64,000 bases of DNA, from the NCBI RefSeq assembly GCF_964204645.1, contig NW_027437443.1:53739-117738 (forward strand), in the 5' to 3' direction. Below the pieces are notes generated by a model. That model saw only the letters and a list, made by a program, of their open reading frames with translations. It did not search any database and was not told the origin of the DNA. The stretch's first letter is position 1. Each line of letters begins with the position of its first letter. Of the stretch, positions 1 through 12,534 are shown one piece after another. The translations under genes and the position numbers were made by a program. This stretch comes from Tubulanus polymorphus (lineage: Eukaryota > Animalia > Nemertea).

Positions 1-557
1 CAAAAATACCAGCATACGAACGGGTTTGTGTTTTATCGCGGAGCCAAGCAGAAGAAAACATCAATAATGCAAAGGCAGACTTCGAGGGATTATTCGGGAG
101 TACTCGCTAAAATCTGAATCAAACTTGTCTCAAGTTCCAAGGGAATAGAATAGATGATCGCTTTGTCTTACATTCTAAATGCACACGAAATTGGCAAAAT
201 TTTAATGAATCCTCCTGCGCCTATAAGACACTTTCCTGTAATTCAATAGGCCAATTACCAATACCAATATATATTTCGGCCATTCAATCCAAAATTACTG
301 CTTGAAAACTTAAATCAACAAAGAAAACCAAGGACAAAAAAATCGCCCTGTTCCTATAATAATATATGTATAAATAGAGATATGAATTGGGATTGCGAGA
401 ACTATGAATCACTCACTCAAAGAAAAAAATAACTTATCTTAACCTGCATGAACACATGAACATTATTAAATGCACTATTTTCGACTTATATAAATGATAT
501 AGTCGATTCAAAGCTCAATAAACGTTTGGGACTATTTCACAATCACAATATACGTAC

Positions 558-3194
558 CTTTTGATTTATTGAATGGCACATCGAGCACCTGACAGGTTGA
601 GAACCCAACCTCGGTAGACAGCAAATACTTTGAAAACTGATCCGGATAAAAGCTTATACTCTTGAAAACTTTCGATATACTCTCCTAAAAAAAAAGAAAG
701 AAGATTCATCAGTCCGACTTCATTTCTTCTAAAAAATCTCTCGACGATTCGAAAATAATTATATTAATTACTTACAGTTAAATTCTTCTTCTTTTTGTAT
801 GAAGACCACGATTGAGGCTCCAATAAGAGAATACCGCCGGGCCGAAGTTGTTTGAACATTCGTTTGAAGGCACGTTTTAAACCGGCGTCGCCGTTATGTA
901 GGTGCATCCACTTGGTCAAACTGAACGCAAGTATCACATCGTATTCTTCTTTTACCAATTCTAAGAGCTCATCCGATTCCGGCACATAGTTTGCCTAGAA
1001 ATGATAGCCGATGAACGGTTTGATTAATCGTTGGTAATTTTCAATAGTTTATCGCCGAAGAAACAACATTTTAACCCGCATACGTAGCGCAACAGTACAT
1101 ACATATAACAACACGTCGGACAACAGAAGGATGTGGCCTGCATTTCAAACATTATGTAGGCCTACCTTATCAGGAAAAAGAAGAATCGCTACGAAAATGA
1201 GATGCAGACTTGGAAATGATACAGATCGTCCCCCACTGGTTTCAGAGATAAGACGATAACTCCACGGGCAAGTCATTTAAAGCATCCTCATTTCCATAAC
1301 TAAGATGTTCCGATACAACTTCTGAAACAAGTTCAATGTCGATTATAAGGGTGAAAAATACAGTTGAACTGTTCTTTTTTAGAATCAACTTTTCAAAGTC
1401 CTACCCTTATTCGTTCGATTTCTTCAAGGTTCTTGTTTTCACAGGGTGGCCACTTTACGCCCAATAAAAAATCCCCAGTTTTCCCTGATTTTTTCCATGT
1501 GATCTCATAGAATTCCAAGCATGAATATATGAGAAATTTCTAGACTTAAAATGTGAGAAATATCTAGGCTTAAAATGTTACATTTCATTCACTGAATCAC
1601 GTATTGATAAAGAAATGTGTGGTCAATAGCATATACAAATTACTTGAGTTTCCTATTTTTGCAAAATTTGTGAAATGCCTGATCATTTTCTAGATTCTTC
1701 TGAATCTTTTCTTTCTTTTTTTCTGAGTTTTTCAATCCAGGTCTGACAGCGGCCACCCTGTTTCCGGGGCCCACATTTATTTTTTTCCAATGAATACAGA
1801 TACATTTTGTTCAGTTTATTTCTTACCTGCGCAAATCGAATGTTATTCAACAGCTTTTTATCTACATCGCTTTCCGGCAACTTCTTCGAAACGATCGGCC
1901 CGTACGTCGACGACATCGCGTCTGGGAATTTACCTTTACCAGCCAATTCCGACGACAGATAATGGCGGATATTTTTCCGCGCCGCCGCGATCAGATTCGG
2001 ATCGATGTCTAAACCGACGATTTTACGCGGCGTGAACTGACGCGCGATCGCCAACGTAACGTGTCCGACATTGCACCCGATATCGAGAACGTCTTTACCG
2101 GTAATCCATTCCTTCTTCAAACACTTCAACCGGTAATCTTCGTCCATGTTCGGATTACGATAGCCGTAATATCGATTGTAATTGCCGTAGATGAATTTCT
2201 TTTTCGGCGCGTTCGCGCGTTGTTTCTGCGACGGTTTTCCCCCGGCGGCCGTATTAATGACGCTCTGCTGCCGTTTGAATTTACTCGTACATTCGACCGG
2301 TGAAACGATTTCGTCCGCGACGACCGCGTTCTTCGTCGCCGATGACGCGTCGTTACCGTCTTTCAACAGACTGATCGATAAATTCGCGCTCGGTTCCGGG
2401 CGGCTGTCGCTAGTTTGACGTTTTCGTTTACGACTTTTCGGAGATATTTGCGGTATGACCGGAGAGACGATTTTATCGTCGACTTTCGATTTGTGCGCCG
2501 CGGCCGGTTTCGTAATCTTTTCAGACGCTTTTTCCGAATTGATGTCTATCGAAATCGGGCGCGTAACGTCCGACGATTCCGTATCGATCTTCAACGCCGG
2601 ATTCTCCGTCGGTAAACTCGCGACGGTCGCAATGCAACCGTCAGCGCTACGGCGTTTATGTTTATTGCGTTTTCGCTTGTGAGTCTTTGGCGACGCGAAG
2701 TCGAGATCTTCGCCCGAATTCAAATTCAACGGATCGGTGATATTCGGCGGAATAATGACGTCGATTTCCTGTTCGCGCCGATGCATCGGCGTCGGCAGCG
2801 GAGACGACACCGGAGTTTTTTCATTCGGATCTTCGCTCGTTAAACTATTCAGATTCAACGGATCGCTGATGTTGCCGCCGAGCAAAAACTTCGTCGGAAG
2901 AACGATTTTCTCGCTGTTGTGTCGACTGCGCCGTCGCCCGAAGCCTCCTCTCTGCGCGCCGCCGAACACCGAATTAAACCTTTTTCGTCCGCGCGGGTTT
3001 CCGCCTCCCTTTTCGAATCTATCTCGATTGTTGTCGAACCGTTGTTTAAATTCGGCGTGCTTTCCATCTTTGGACGACGCCGACGTCGATACGGCCATCA
3101 GATTCTCAGCCGGGGTCGCGGCGGCTCCGACGTAGTGTGGAAATTCACCGGCATGAGAAAACTGTGGCGGCGTCTTCACATCCACAACGCTCAT
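558..3194 (-). CDS. MEPCE: 7SK snRNA methylphosphate capping enzyme (Bin3/MEPCE); exons 3194-1827, 994-776, 684-558; terminal exon unresolved or outside the window
   Basis: Family motifs [28 protein letters not shown] motif [28 protein letters not shown] and [14 protein letters not shown]; GT-AG junctions keep the frame. Confidence 0.93.
1442..1760. mobile_element. MITE of the CAGGGTGGCC...GGCCACCCTG family in MEPCE intron 1
   Basis: Terminal inverted repeats cagggtggcc / ggccaccctg. Related copies lie at ~8263-8495, 11222-11505, 15859-16078, 22850-23118 and 28402-28625. No clear TSD seen. Confidence 0.7.
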
Positions 3195-3478
3195 ACTTCA
3201 AACTATTCGTTATTTTCAAAATTTGAATGATCACAAAAAAGTCACACAATAAATTTACAACAAAAAATTTTGTTAAGTTAATTGACCACTAACTAGTTTT
3301 TCGGATTCAATATCTCACAGATAAAACAACAACAAACCCAACTGAAATGGGTCCAAGATTAGGTAGGGCTAATTCATGCCGCTTCTACTAACCATCCAAC
3401 GTCGAATGAACGTCAATCATGCATCAACAACGTTTCAATGTTTTGATTCTGCAGACTCACACGTGGTTCCGGTCAGTT

Positions 3479-3494
3479 CAGCGCCACCTGGACA
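3479..3494 (-). promoter_or_regulatory. CTCF-like motif between MEPCE and ZCWPW1
   Basis: The minus strand reads TGTCCAGGTGGCGCTG, matching the CTCF core CCAGGTGGCGC. Confidence 0.4.
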
Positions 3495-3758
3495 GCGCTT
3501 CCGCTTCATTTGCATAATTTATTCGCTCGCTCCAAAACAGCCCTACACAGTCGCTGTTCGGGCCAGATTTCTCCTTAAATCAGACGCGTCGTTCGGTATT
3601 CGTCCCGTGGATGAATATATGTGAAGATATTCTAGTCCTAGGTCGATGAAATGTCGAATGAACCTCTCTGGATGTCAGTCGAGGGGCGAGTTTTCTTCCC
3701 GTTCTTTCTCCAGATTTCACAATTCAGAGCACTGGGCGCTGGATGTGCGCAAGCGCGG

Positions 3759-3776
3759 CGCGTTGCATTATGGGCA
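3759..3776 (-). promoter_or_regulatory. ZNF143/Staf-like site in the MEPCE-ZCWPW1 divergent promoter region
   Basis: The minus strand reads TGCCCATAATGCAACGCG, close to the Staf consensus YYCCCANNRTRCNNYRCR. Confidence 0.45.
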
Positions 3777-4559
3777 ATGATGGTGGTTTGCGCTAGAACC
3801 TTTCATTCTGAGGGATCGTCTCAAAAACTAATATCGAAGAAATAGAGAAACTTTCAATAGTGAGGCTTTTTATTAAAATCTTGAAACATTGTATTTCAAA
3901 TGAATAAGTTCTCCTATCATCGCTGTGTGTTTTGATTATCATCGGGTGTTGTCAAACAGTTATCAGCAAACAAGAACTTATATTTTCCACATGCCCCCAA
4001 TACAAACAAATCCGATGTCTCACTTTTTTGGTTGAACTGAATTAATTAGTCCACATTTATCTTCGTTTAGGTAGCATTACAATTTCTACAACAACAACCA
4101 AAAAAACAAAACTTAAAATGAAGATCTAAATGATCTGATTTGCCTATGAAACGAAATAGGTCTAAAGAGAAGAATCAGTGGAAGACATATTCACAAGGCG
4201 CGAAATTTAAAAATTGTCACACCATCACACTCTGTTCCACCGTGCGGCGCGTCGGTTGAGTGAAGCGCGCGCGCGCGTCGATCGCGTGTCAGTTTGGCCT
4301 AGTGTTTGCCGCCGTTTGATGCGACTGCAACAGGGAACAGAATCCGCGTTCATCTCGATTAGACTTTATTATCTCACCTTTAATTTGTCTCCAAAATGTA
4401 AGAGAATATAACCAACATTATTCAGGCTTAAATAAATTAAAGTTTTTTCTCGGCCTTATTAAACATTTTACGCCTGTTATTTTTTAGACTTGTGCAGTCA
4501 TCGATTGTTGACGTTTTTGGCTCTTATAAAAAATCTGATGATAACCACATTTTGAAAAA

Positions 4560-7500
4560 ATGTCGAAGAAATTCAAAGCACCATCTTTCAGTAAGTTTTT
4601 GGTTCATTTTTGTGAACTTGAAAATAGTCATTTAGTTCTGGCATTTGAAACAAAAAAATTTTGCTTGAATCAAATCAACTGTTCTTTTGATCTTTCTTTT
4701 TGTATAATAATGTACTTGATGCCACTGGAACAGAACTAAAGGCAGGGTGTTTTTAATAGTTGAATTAAAAAGTGGCTTTTAAATGCAGCAGCTAGCCAGC
4801 AGCAGAAGCCATCACCAACAGTGATCCAGCCTCCAGTGGCAAACAATCCAAAAGACGATATATCATCGGAGCATCTGGGCGCAATCCTAAATGATGTGAT
4901 CAAAGATTTGAGCACAGATGACGTGTTTAATGATGTCTTGCCTGCAGTAAGTTATACTCAAAGAAATGGTTAATTTTAATAGCCCATTTATGATAATTTT
5001 TCTTTCCCTAGAGCCAATAATCACATATTTCAGCCCTCAGATGAGAAGACCCAAACCCCCCAGGGCCATACGAAATGTGGGGCAATTTTGGAGAAGGACC
5101 CTTTTGGCAAAAATGTATACATCCTTTCTGTAATACATTTTCTTAGACAAAACAAACCAAGAACATCAAAGCAGTAACAAAGAAGAAAGAAAAAAAGACA
5201 ACCAAAGAAAAGTCATCATTAATTTCGACTAAGCAGAAGATTAATCAATCTAGTATTGATATGGAGGAGTTGTTTGCGTCTGCTGTTCAAAATGTTGACA
5301 AATGGCTGGAAAATCATACGGGTATTTCTGATTAAATTCATCATATGATTCTCATATCAGGCGCCAAAATAATTTTGTTGACTCCCGTCCCATGACAGGC
5401 ACTAGAACTTTTGGGCCTGTCAGCCTTTCACAAAAAATTGAGGTCAATTTAGAAGGCACTGAGCCTGTCAAGATTCTCTGGCATTTCAACAATATTTCTG
5501 TCTGACACAAAGGGCATATCTATTCTTGCAAGCAGTTTAGGCATACAACAGCAGAGCCCATAGGAAAAAATTAAAACTTATGAAAAGAGAAATTTTTTTA
5601 TAATTGAATAAGTTCTCTAAACTGTTGTTGTCATAACTGTTGAATGTAACCCTAGATCGAATCGGAGATGTTTCTACGTATGGTGAAGAAGTTGAGGATA
5701 CATTTTCAACTGCACCCAGAAAAATCACCGAGCAGCAGCTTGACTTTGATGAACCATTAATCGTCGAACAACTAACTTCTGTAAAACCAACGATTCTTAG
5801 TACGGACGACTTCGACGGGTTGGAAGATGCCGATGGTAATTTCTTAAAAACCTTTCTTATTTAATTTTCATCAGGATTTTCACTCGCTCAAACTGTTCAG
5901 ATTTAACGCATCACTGATGTTGCCGCTGAGTAGTAACATTGTTACGCTATTGCACAGACTCCTAAACTAACTAAAAACTTTTCTAATTATTCTGGCATCT
6001 CTAGACGCTAGTATCTATATGCTAAATGTCCGTATTTGTTGAAATTTCAAACACAAACTTTTGCATATTCTTGCAGTCGAAAAACTAGTCGAAGAAAATG
6101 CTGAAAATGATCGAATCGGAGGGAGTCAAACGAATTTAAAAGGTGACAAGAACAGCGACGAAGAATGTGACGTTGAAACTGATTCCAAGATGCATAGTCC
6201 AGTTTTCGGTAGGAGCAAAATATACGGTGTATCACAAAAAGATAATTCACAGATTTGGTGAGTAAAATTACTCGGTATCTCGGTCATTAATTTCGAAAGA
6301 GTATCGTCAATTAACAAAATTTAACACGCAGAAAATTTATGATAGAGACCAAAATGAATCGATAAGATCGCAACATCCGTGATGAAATAATCAATGAAAA
6401 ATCCAATAATTTTTGAAAGACTAAAAAGTTTTTAAATACTTGTAGAAATATTTTTCGGGGGGTTCCTTCTTCAGTCTAAAATGGAGACAGAATTTTGTTT
6501 TAGAAATAAAATTCTGTCTTCATTTTGGACTAATAGATTGAAGAAGGGTGGTAGTAACCACCCAAAATAATTCTAGTATCTTAAATAGACTTTTTAGTCT
6601 TTCAGCAATTGTGGGATTTGATATCCTATTGAAACCATTATGTTTCGGCTGTCGGTCCCTTCCAGCCAAAGGGAATCCAAAGGGTGGATCAGAGAAACAA
6701 CAAATGCACTTGCATTCAGCTTGGTAAACTTATTAAAGAATTATTTGGTAAATGTTCATGTTTATCACTGAGAACAGAGATAAGAGTGTTTATTTGAGTT
6801 TTTATTATATGATTGGTAGTTGTGATGAAGGGTCAGAAGTGAATAAAGAGGAATTCGATGATTGTAGCGACAGCAGCAGAAAGAATTCATCGGCTAAACA
6901 GAAGAGACTTCAGAAATCTACTGTTACCAAACACGTCGCTTTGAGTTTAAACAAAAATAGAGATTCCGGATCTAAATTATCATCAGGAGGTTCTGGAGAC
7001 ATGGAACGAGAAAAAAAAATGAAAAGACTGACGGGTAAAAAAAAATTTTTTTTCAAACGCAATGAGCATTTCCTCCTTGTATATTAAAGGAATGGAGATT
7101 TCTTTTTCAGAATTCCGACCATTTTCCAGGAATGGATCTTCATCGGTCGGTGATGGAAAATCGAAACCTCCGCCGAAAAACAAAAAGATATCGATGAAAA
7201 AAAAAATGTTAGAAAGAAAGATTGAAATGAACGGTATGCAATACAATCCTTACTTGATACTCAGTTACCATTTTTAGCTAAGATAGACAGGAACAGTGAG
7301 TAATGACTAATGATGGTCATTGCACCATCCTCACTTGCCAGGGTTTGATTGCCTCCCGTCAAAGCTCATGGCCAACACAAACCCTGTTCGCATTAACTTC
7401 ATTGGTCAAGAGTTCTTGAGTCGCCACTAGTCTATGTATCTAGCCAATCAGATGTAAAGCGAATCTGCCGGTAAAAAACAAGGCATTTGATTGGCTTAAT

Positions 7501-10500
7501 ACGTTAGACTAATGGCCGCTTAGAAGCAAACTGGCCGCTTAGAAGCAAACTGGCCGCTCAAGAACTCTTGGGCAATGCAATAGACCAATCTTGCAGATCT
7601 TGGGTTTGTGTTGTCTTCAGCAGGAGACAATCAAACCCTGACAAGCAAGGGGTATCGATGAATTGATAAATGAAGTCTGATTTCTCTTTATTTCCAATAA
7701 GGAACGTGGGTTCAATGCGGAAACGTCGACTGCATGAAATGGCGTCACTTGAAAGACGTTCACGACCCGACGAGCGTGCCGGAGAAATGGACGTGTAATA
7801 TGAACGAAGATAAACGTTATAATTTGTGTAAACGACCCGAACAGGAATGGCACGAAGACGACGACGGAGACAACTTCGTTTATAACAAATACACCGAAGG
7901 TTCAATCGTTTGGGCGAAGATGGACGGATATCCTTGGTAAGCAGGGTTGTTTTATAGCAATTTTCCAACCGTTCATAGTGGATCTGGTTTTCACATACAG
8001 TGAGGGTTCCGTCGCCAATGCCCTCATCCTGTATTGAAAAATAAGACGTCAAACTACGAATAAAATGCTCTGAGACGAGATTGATGGAATTTCTGTTGAA
8101 TTTATTTGTTTTGTATGTTAGGTGGCCCGGAATGGTCGAAATAGATCCGAATATTGACACATATTTTGAAGTACCGAGCGACGATGAAAGTTATGTTCCG
8201 GTAAGATCACTTCTTAAATACCCTCATCATCAATACAGTACTAGTAGGAATATACCTTCCACAGGGTGACTTAACCACCGACCTGGCAAAATAACGGGGT
8301 CTGACTGAAAAATCTCGAATTTTCACAAATCTTACCAAAAATTTTGACTAGTGTTTCTTTATAACTACATGATTCAATGAAAAATGACTAAATTGTAACA
8401 TATTAAGCCTAAATATTTCTCTGATTCACTCTGGGAATTTTGTGTAATGGAAAACTTGCAGGATTTGTAAATGGGCAGAAAATGGCGGCACCCTGTCAAA
8501 TTCTGTAATATTGACGTTCTTAAAACATGATTATGTAATCTTCACTTGTAGAATTACTATCACGTTGTGTATTTCGACGATAAAGTTTCTCGTACTTGGG
8601 TCAGAGAACATAGACTTAAAAGTTTCAACGACATGTCCCCAGAAACAACTGCTGCTGTGAGTACTAACCTCACAGTACTTTTTCAATAAAATTTCTTGAT
8701 CTTAAAATAGGGATGATTGTCACTCTTATTTATTTGTTTGATACGTAAATCTTTAGTTAAGTAGTTTATTTCAAAGTTACAAAAAGTCAGGTAAAAACGT
8801 TTAGTTTTGCTGTTTTATAGGTGAGATATAATCGCGGAAAATACAAGAAGGACTTGGATAACGCCATCAGAAATGCTAAAAACGCCATAGAAATGACAAT
8901 AATGGTTAGTGATGTCCTTTACTCTTTGATTTGCTATAAGAACATCTCAAAAACATTTTTTTGAAATTTCCTAACTGTTTTTAAACTCAAAATCAAAACT
9001 GATTAGATTTAAATTATCGATTTCTCTCACACAGGAACGCCTTAAGAAATACGGATTCGCAAACAGATACAAAGGTCACTGGGGGACGGAGGAAATCACG
9101 GATAGAGGCAACGTCCGGTTACCCGAGAAGAAAAGCGATGTTACTCGAATTTTAACCGACGCCGAGAAATTTTTGTCGCAAACAGTTGAGATTCTGGACA
9201 CGATGGAAGAAGAGTTGCTTGATAATCGTGATAGCTCGACTGAGGAAAGCGGCGGTAGGTTGTTGCTGGAAAACTGTATTATATAGTAAAATCATTTTAC
9301 CGAATTTACTCTGGATATACATGTATTAGAGACTTAGATTAAAGTCTTTCGACGGTCATTGCCTTCTCGATCATTGGAGGGAATCCTTTGTCGGATGATG
9401 TCACTATTGTGATCAAGACTGCAATGACCGTGAAAGACTGATTCTTTTATGGATAGTTCCTCAATAATTTCCCGCAGAACAGGGAAACTGGGAAAAACTT
9501 GGGAATTTGGAAATAATAATTCCCGGTTTGGAAATATTTGAGAAATTTTCCTCAAATCAGGGAAATATTTGGGAAATTCGTTACATTTCATGGATTGCAT
9601 TTGCCAAGGGCGACTTTCTTCAGCGATTTCCCTTGAAAATCACCTTTATCAGCCAGTCACCAGTAAAATGTTGACTGTAGCATGATATGTCTGTTCATTT
9701 CCATTTGGGAAAATTGAAAAATCTCCCATGAAATACTTGGGAATTTTGAATTCATATAACTGTGGGAACCATGTTTCTTGCATACCAGGGTAGATGAATT
9801 TAGCTAGATAATTCTATAGATAAATTATTCTGGACCAAATAGATTTGTAGAAAATATATTACAGTTTTATTTTCAGGCGACGGCGATGAAGATTTCGAAA
9901 TGAGCGAATCTCCTAAAAAGCAGAAAAAACGAAAAAAGCAATCGAAAACGAGTCGATCGCCATCAGATGACGCGGGAGCATCGACTGATGATGAAGAGGG
10001 CGGGCAACAACCAGAGAAGAAATACACCGGACAGAGTTTATCCGAGCGCCGCGATCGAATCAAACTAAAAACGAAACGTCGAAGTAAAGTGAATTCATCG
10101 CGTAAAATTGATTCGGACGAGGGTAAAAGACCGAAAAAGAAGACCAAAGTAGAAATTAGCAATGTTAAAAAACCGACCTTCGCAGTTCCTAAAATGCCGA
10201 AATGGAAAAAAGTTTCGACTAAGAATGATTCGCCAGTGCAGGTTCTAAAGTCACCGGTGCTCGCAAAAATATCTGAACCAGTTTGCAAAGACAATCTTCC
10301 TGAAGAAACATCTGAAAATTCACAAAAATCAGCGGTGAAACCGAGGCAAATGAAATCCAGTAAATCGAAGTTTCTCGCGCCGAACTTTAAACTAGATACG
10401 GTTACTCCCGATAGCAAAGATAACAACAAGGAAAATACCAAACCGAAGAAACGTAAATCATCCGATTGCGACATTCGAAACTTTTTCGACGTTACGAGCG

Positions 10501-11117
10501 CGGATTCGAAAGTCAAACGAAAGTTGATCGTCGATGAAAGTTCCGTCGATAAATCGCAGCAGAACGACGCGAACAGTTCACAATCAGCAGTAAAACAGCA
10601 GGACAGTGCAAACAGTTCACAATCATCAGTAAAACAGCAGGACAGTGCAAACAGTTCACAATCATCAGTAAAACAGCAGGACGCTGCAAACAGTTCACAA
10701 TCATCAGTAAAACAGCAGGACAGTGCAAACAGTTCACAATCAGGGAGACACCGAGACTCGTATCTCGCAGATACATCGGTATTTACTATGGAGTTAGATA
10801 CGCAACAATCCGACATCGGACGACCGTCCAGCGATCAGAATAATAATAATAATAATAATCGAGACGTTTCGGAGAATTTCAGTCAGGCCGAATCGACTTC
10901 GAACTTCGAAATAAACGTCGACGAGAACGAGACGACGGATTCCGCGTTCGTTATTCCGTGCGCTCAGCAGCAGAAACGTCGCTCGTCGAATGATGTTCGA
11001 TACGATGATGATTGTATGGACGATGAGTTGAACGAGATAGCGTCTCAGTTATCAATAAAACACGCTCAAATAACAGATGGTAATGAGTCAGATCCGTTTG
11101 AGATCGGCGAAGAGTAG
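4560..11117 (+). CDS. ZCWPW1: Zinc finger CW-type and PWWP domain protein, ZCWPW1-like (~13 exons; CW exon 7702-7936; PWWP continues 8122-8200 and 8551-8656; long last exon ends at 11117)
   Basis: CW finger TWVQCGNVDCMKWR...DPTSVPEKWTC...YNLC followed by PWWP GSIVWAKMDGYPW/WPGMVEIDP and YHVVYFDDKVSRTWV, closer to ZCWPW1 than ZCWPW2 as recalled. The start ATG and N-terminal exons are less certain. Confidence 0.85.
6413..6606. repeat. Fold-back (palindromic) element in a ZCWPW1 intron
   Basis: Arms tgaaagactaaaaag...cttcttcagtct...agacagaatttt pair with aaaattctgtct...agattgaagaag...ctttttagtctttca around a centre near 6500. Confidence 0.65.
7513..7565 (+). repeat. Short tandem repeat tggccgcttagaagcaaac, about 2.7 copies
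   Basis: Directly visible 19-bp unit. Confidence 0.8.
10557..10742 (+). repeat. Coding minisatellite, 39-bp unit (QQDSANSSQSSVK), about 4.8 copies
   Basis: Near-identical units cagcaggacagtgcaaacagttcacaatcatcagtaaaa, in frame in the last ZCWPW1 exon. Confidence 0.95.
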
Positions 11118-11221
11118 AAATGTTGAGCAGACGGCTTTATTTCGACTCCAAAATTCATTTCCGATTAATTTGAACGAGTCAAATTATCATGAACTGTTTT
11201 CAACTTATTAGTGATTGTTTC

Positions 11222-11505
11222 CAGGGTGGCCACTTTTACTTGATTTGCTTTTCCCCAACTACTCCCTAACATGCGTGTTTACCCTGAATGGATCTGCTAA
11301 GAATCCAATCAATTAACTCAGTAAAATATGTAAAACATAGATGAAAACTGCTTGATTTTACACGCAATCCAGCAATCTCAACACATTTCCCTGACTTTTC
11401 AGCCCTTATTGAACAAAATTCCTCGACTATTCCCTGACCTTTTTAAAGAAAAGAAAACTCCTTGACTTTCCCCTGATTTCCAAGTACTGGATAAGTGGTC
11501 ACCCT
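11222..11505. mobile_element. CAGGGTGGCC-family MITE in the ZCWPW1 3' region
   Basis: TIRs cagggtggccactt / aagtggtcaccctg; the interior matches the 15859-16078 copy in reverse orientation. Confidence 0.7.
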
Positions 11506-12228
11506 GGTTTTGTTAATTCTAGTTCATCTCATACACAGAAAGTGTGTACATGAATTGTCTAGAGATGTTGGATTTCGACGTCACACAATGTTTTCTTATT
11601 GTTTAGTGTATTTAAATTTGTTAATGATTACCGCTCATTTATTGTTGTTGTTAGTTAAAGAAACGAGTTGAGGTTTCAACTTGTTGAAAGCAGGCCGGGC
11701 GTTTTTAATGCTAGAACTTGTGCAATATATCGAATGAGTTTGAATTGGAAATTACATGTGCAATAACATGATTGATAAAATGTGTGTTTGGTTGTGTTGC
11801 AAGTGATTTTTGTGTGTAAATGGGATTTAATGTGTTTGTATGTGTTAGGTGATTCTTGGTTAAGTATGTATAGGATAATATGTTATGGATATTCTCATTT
11901 GTGACGTCCATGGTTGTTTGAGTTGATGAGAGTTTGAGTTAATTGTCGGGATAGTGCAATATAAACGCGTGTAGTAATAATAATAATACACAAACGTATT
12001 AAATTGTTAGTGTTTCTTTAAATTGTTAGTGACGAAATTCACGTTGTTAATTCATGGAAATCCATGGTTGTTTGATTAAACTGATGTTTAATTAAGTCGG
12101 GATAGTGCAATATGAATGTGTAATCAGATACACAACTGTATTCAATTGTTGATGTTGTTTCTTCTGAATCTGTTAATGACTTAAATTTAATCATTCTAAT
12201 TGTTAATGTCGAGTTTGTTTTCTACAAC

Positions 12229-12534
12229 AGCCTAATTCAGGTCGACCAAGATCCAATCGGATTATCACATCGTAAAGCAGTCAGGTTTGCGATTTTTTAA
12301 TCGGGAACCTGAAATGAGTAACAACTGCAATGGATTGATCACAGCTGAATCATAAGGATAGAACAAGTTCTATTTCTTATGACTGATGTCGCAGCCAATC
12401 AATGGCGAGTATTTTGTTCGGCCACATGATCGATAGTGCTGATCGAGTTGTAGTCGACCAATCAGCGGCCATGTGTGTACTACTGCTGTTCTTACGACAA
12501 TCTGATTGGTTCGTAAGTCGGCCTGACCTAGGCT
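12229..12534. mobile_element. MITE with AGCCTA...TAGGCT inverted termini
   Basis: agcctaattcaggtcgac...ccaatcggatt pairs with aatctgattgg...gtcggcctgacctaggct. Confidence 0.6.

Noticed and set aside
1683-1826. C-terminal 47 aa of the 503-aa MEPCE ORF
   Set aside because: Read-through past the CAG/GTAAG donor at 1827 into intron and MITE sequence.
10557-10742. CRISPR-like array
   Set aside because: The units are directly adjacent with no unique spacers, lie in frame in an exon, and the context is eukaryotic.
9800-10816. 338-aa Cys-rich antisense ORF
   Set aside because: It is the shadow frame of the low-complexity ZCWPW1 last exon; no independent domain or splice support.
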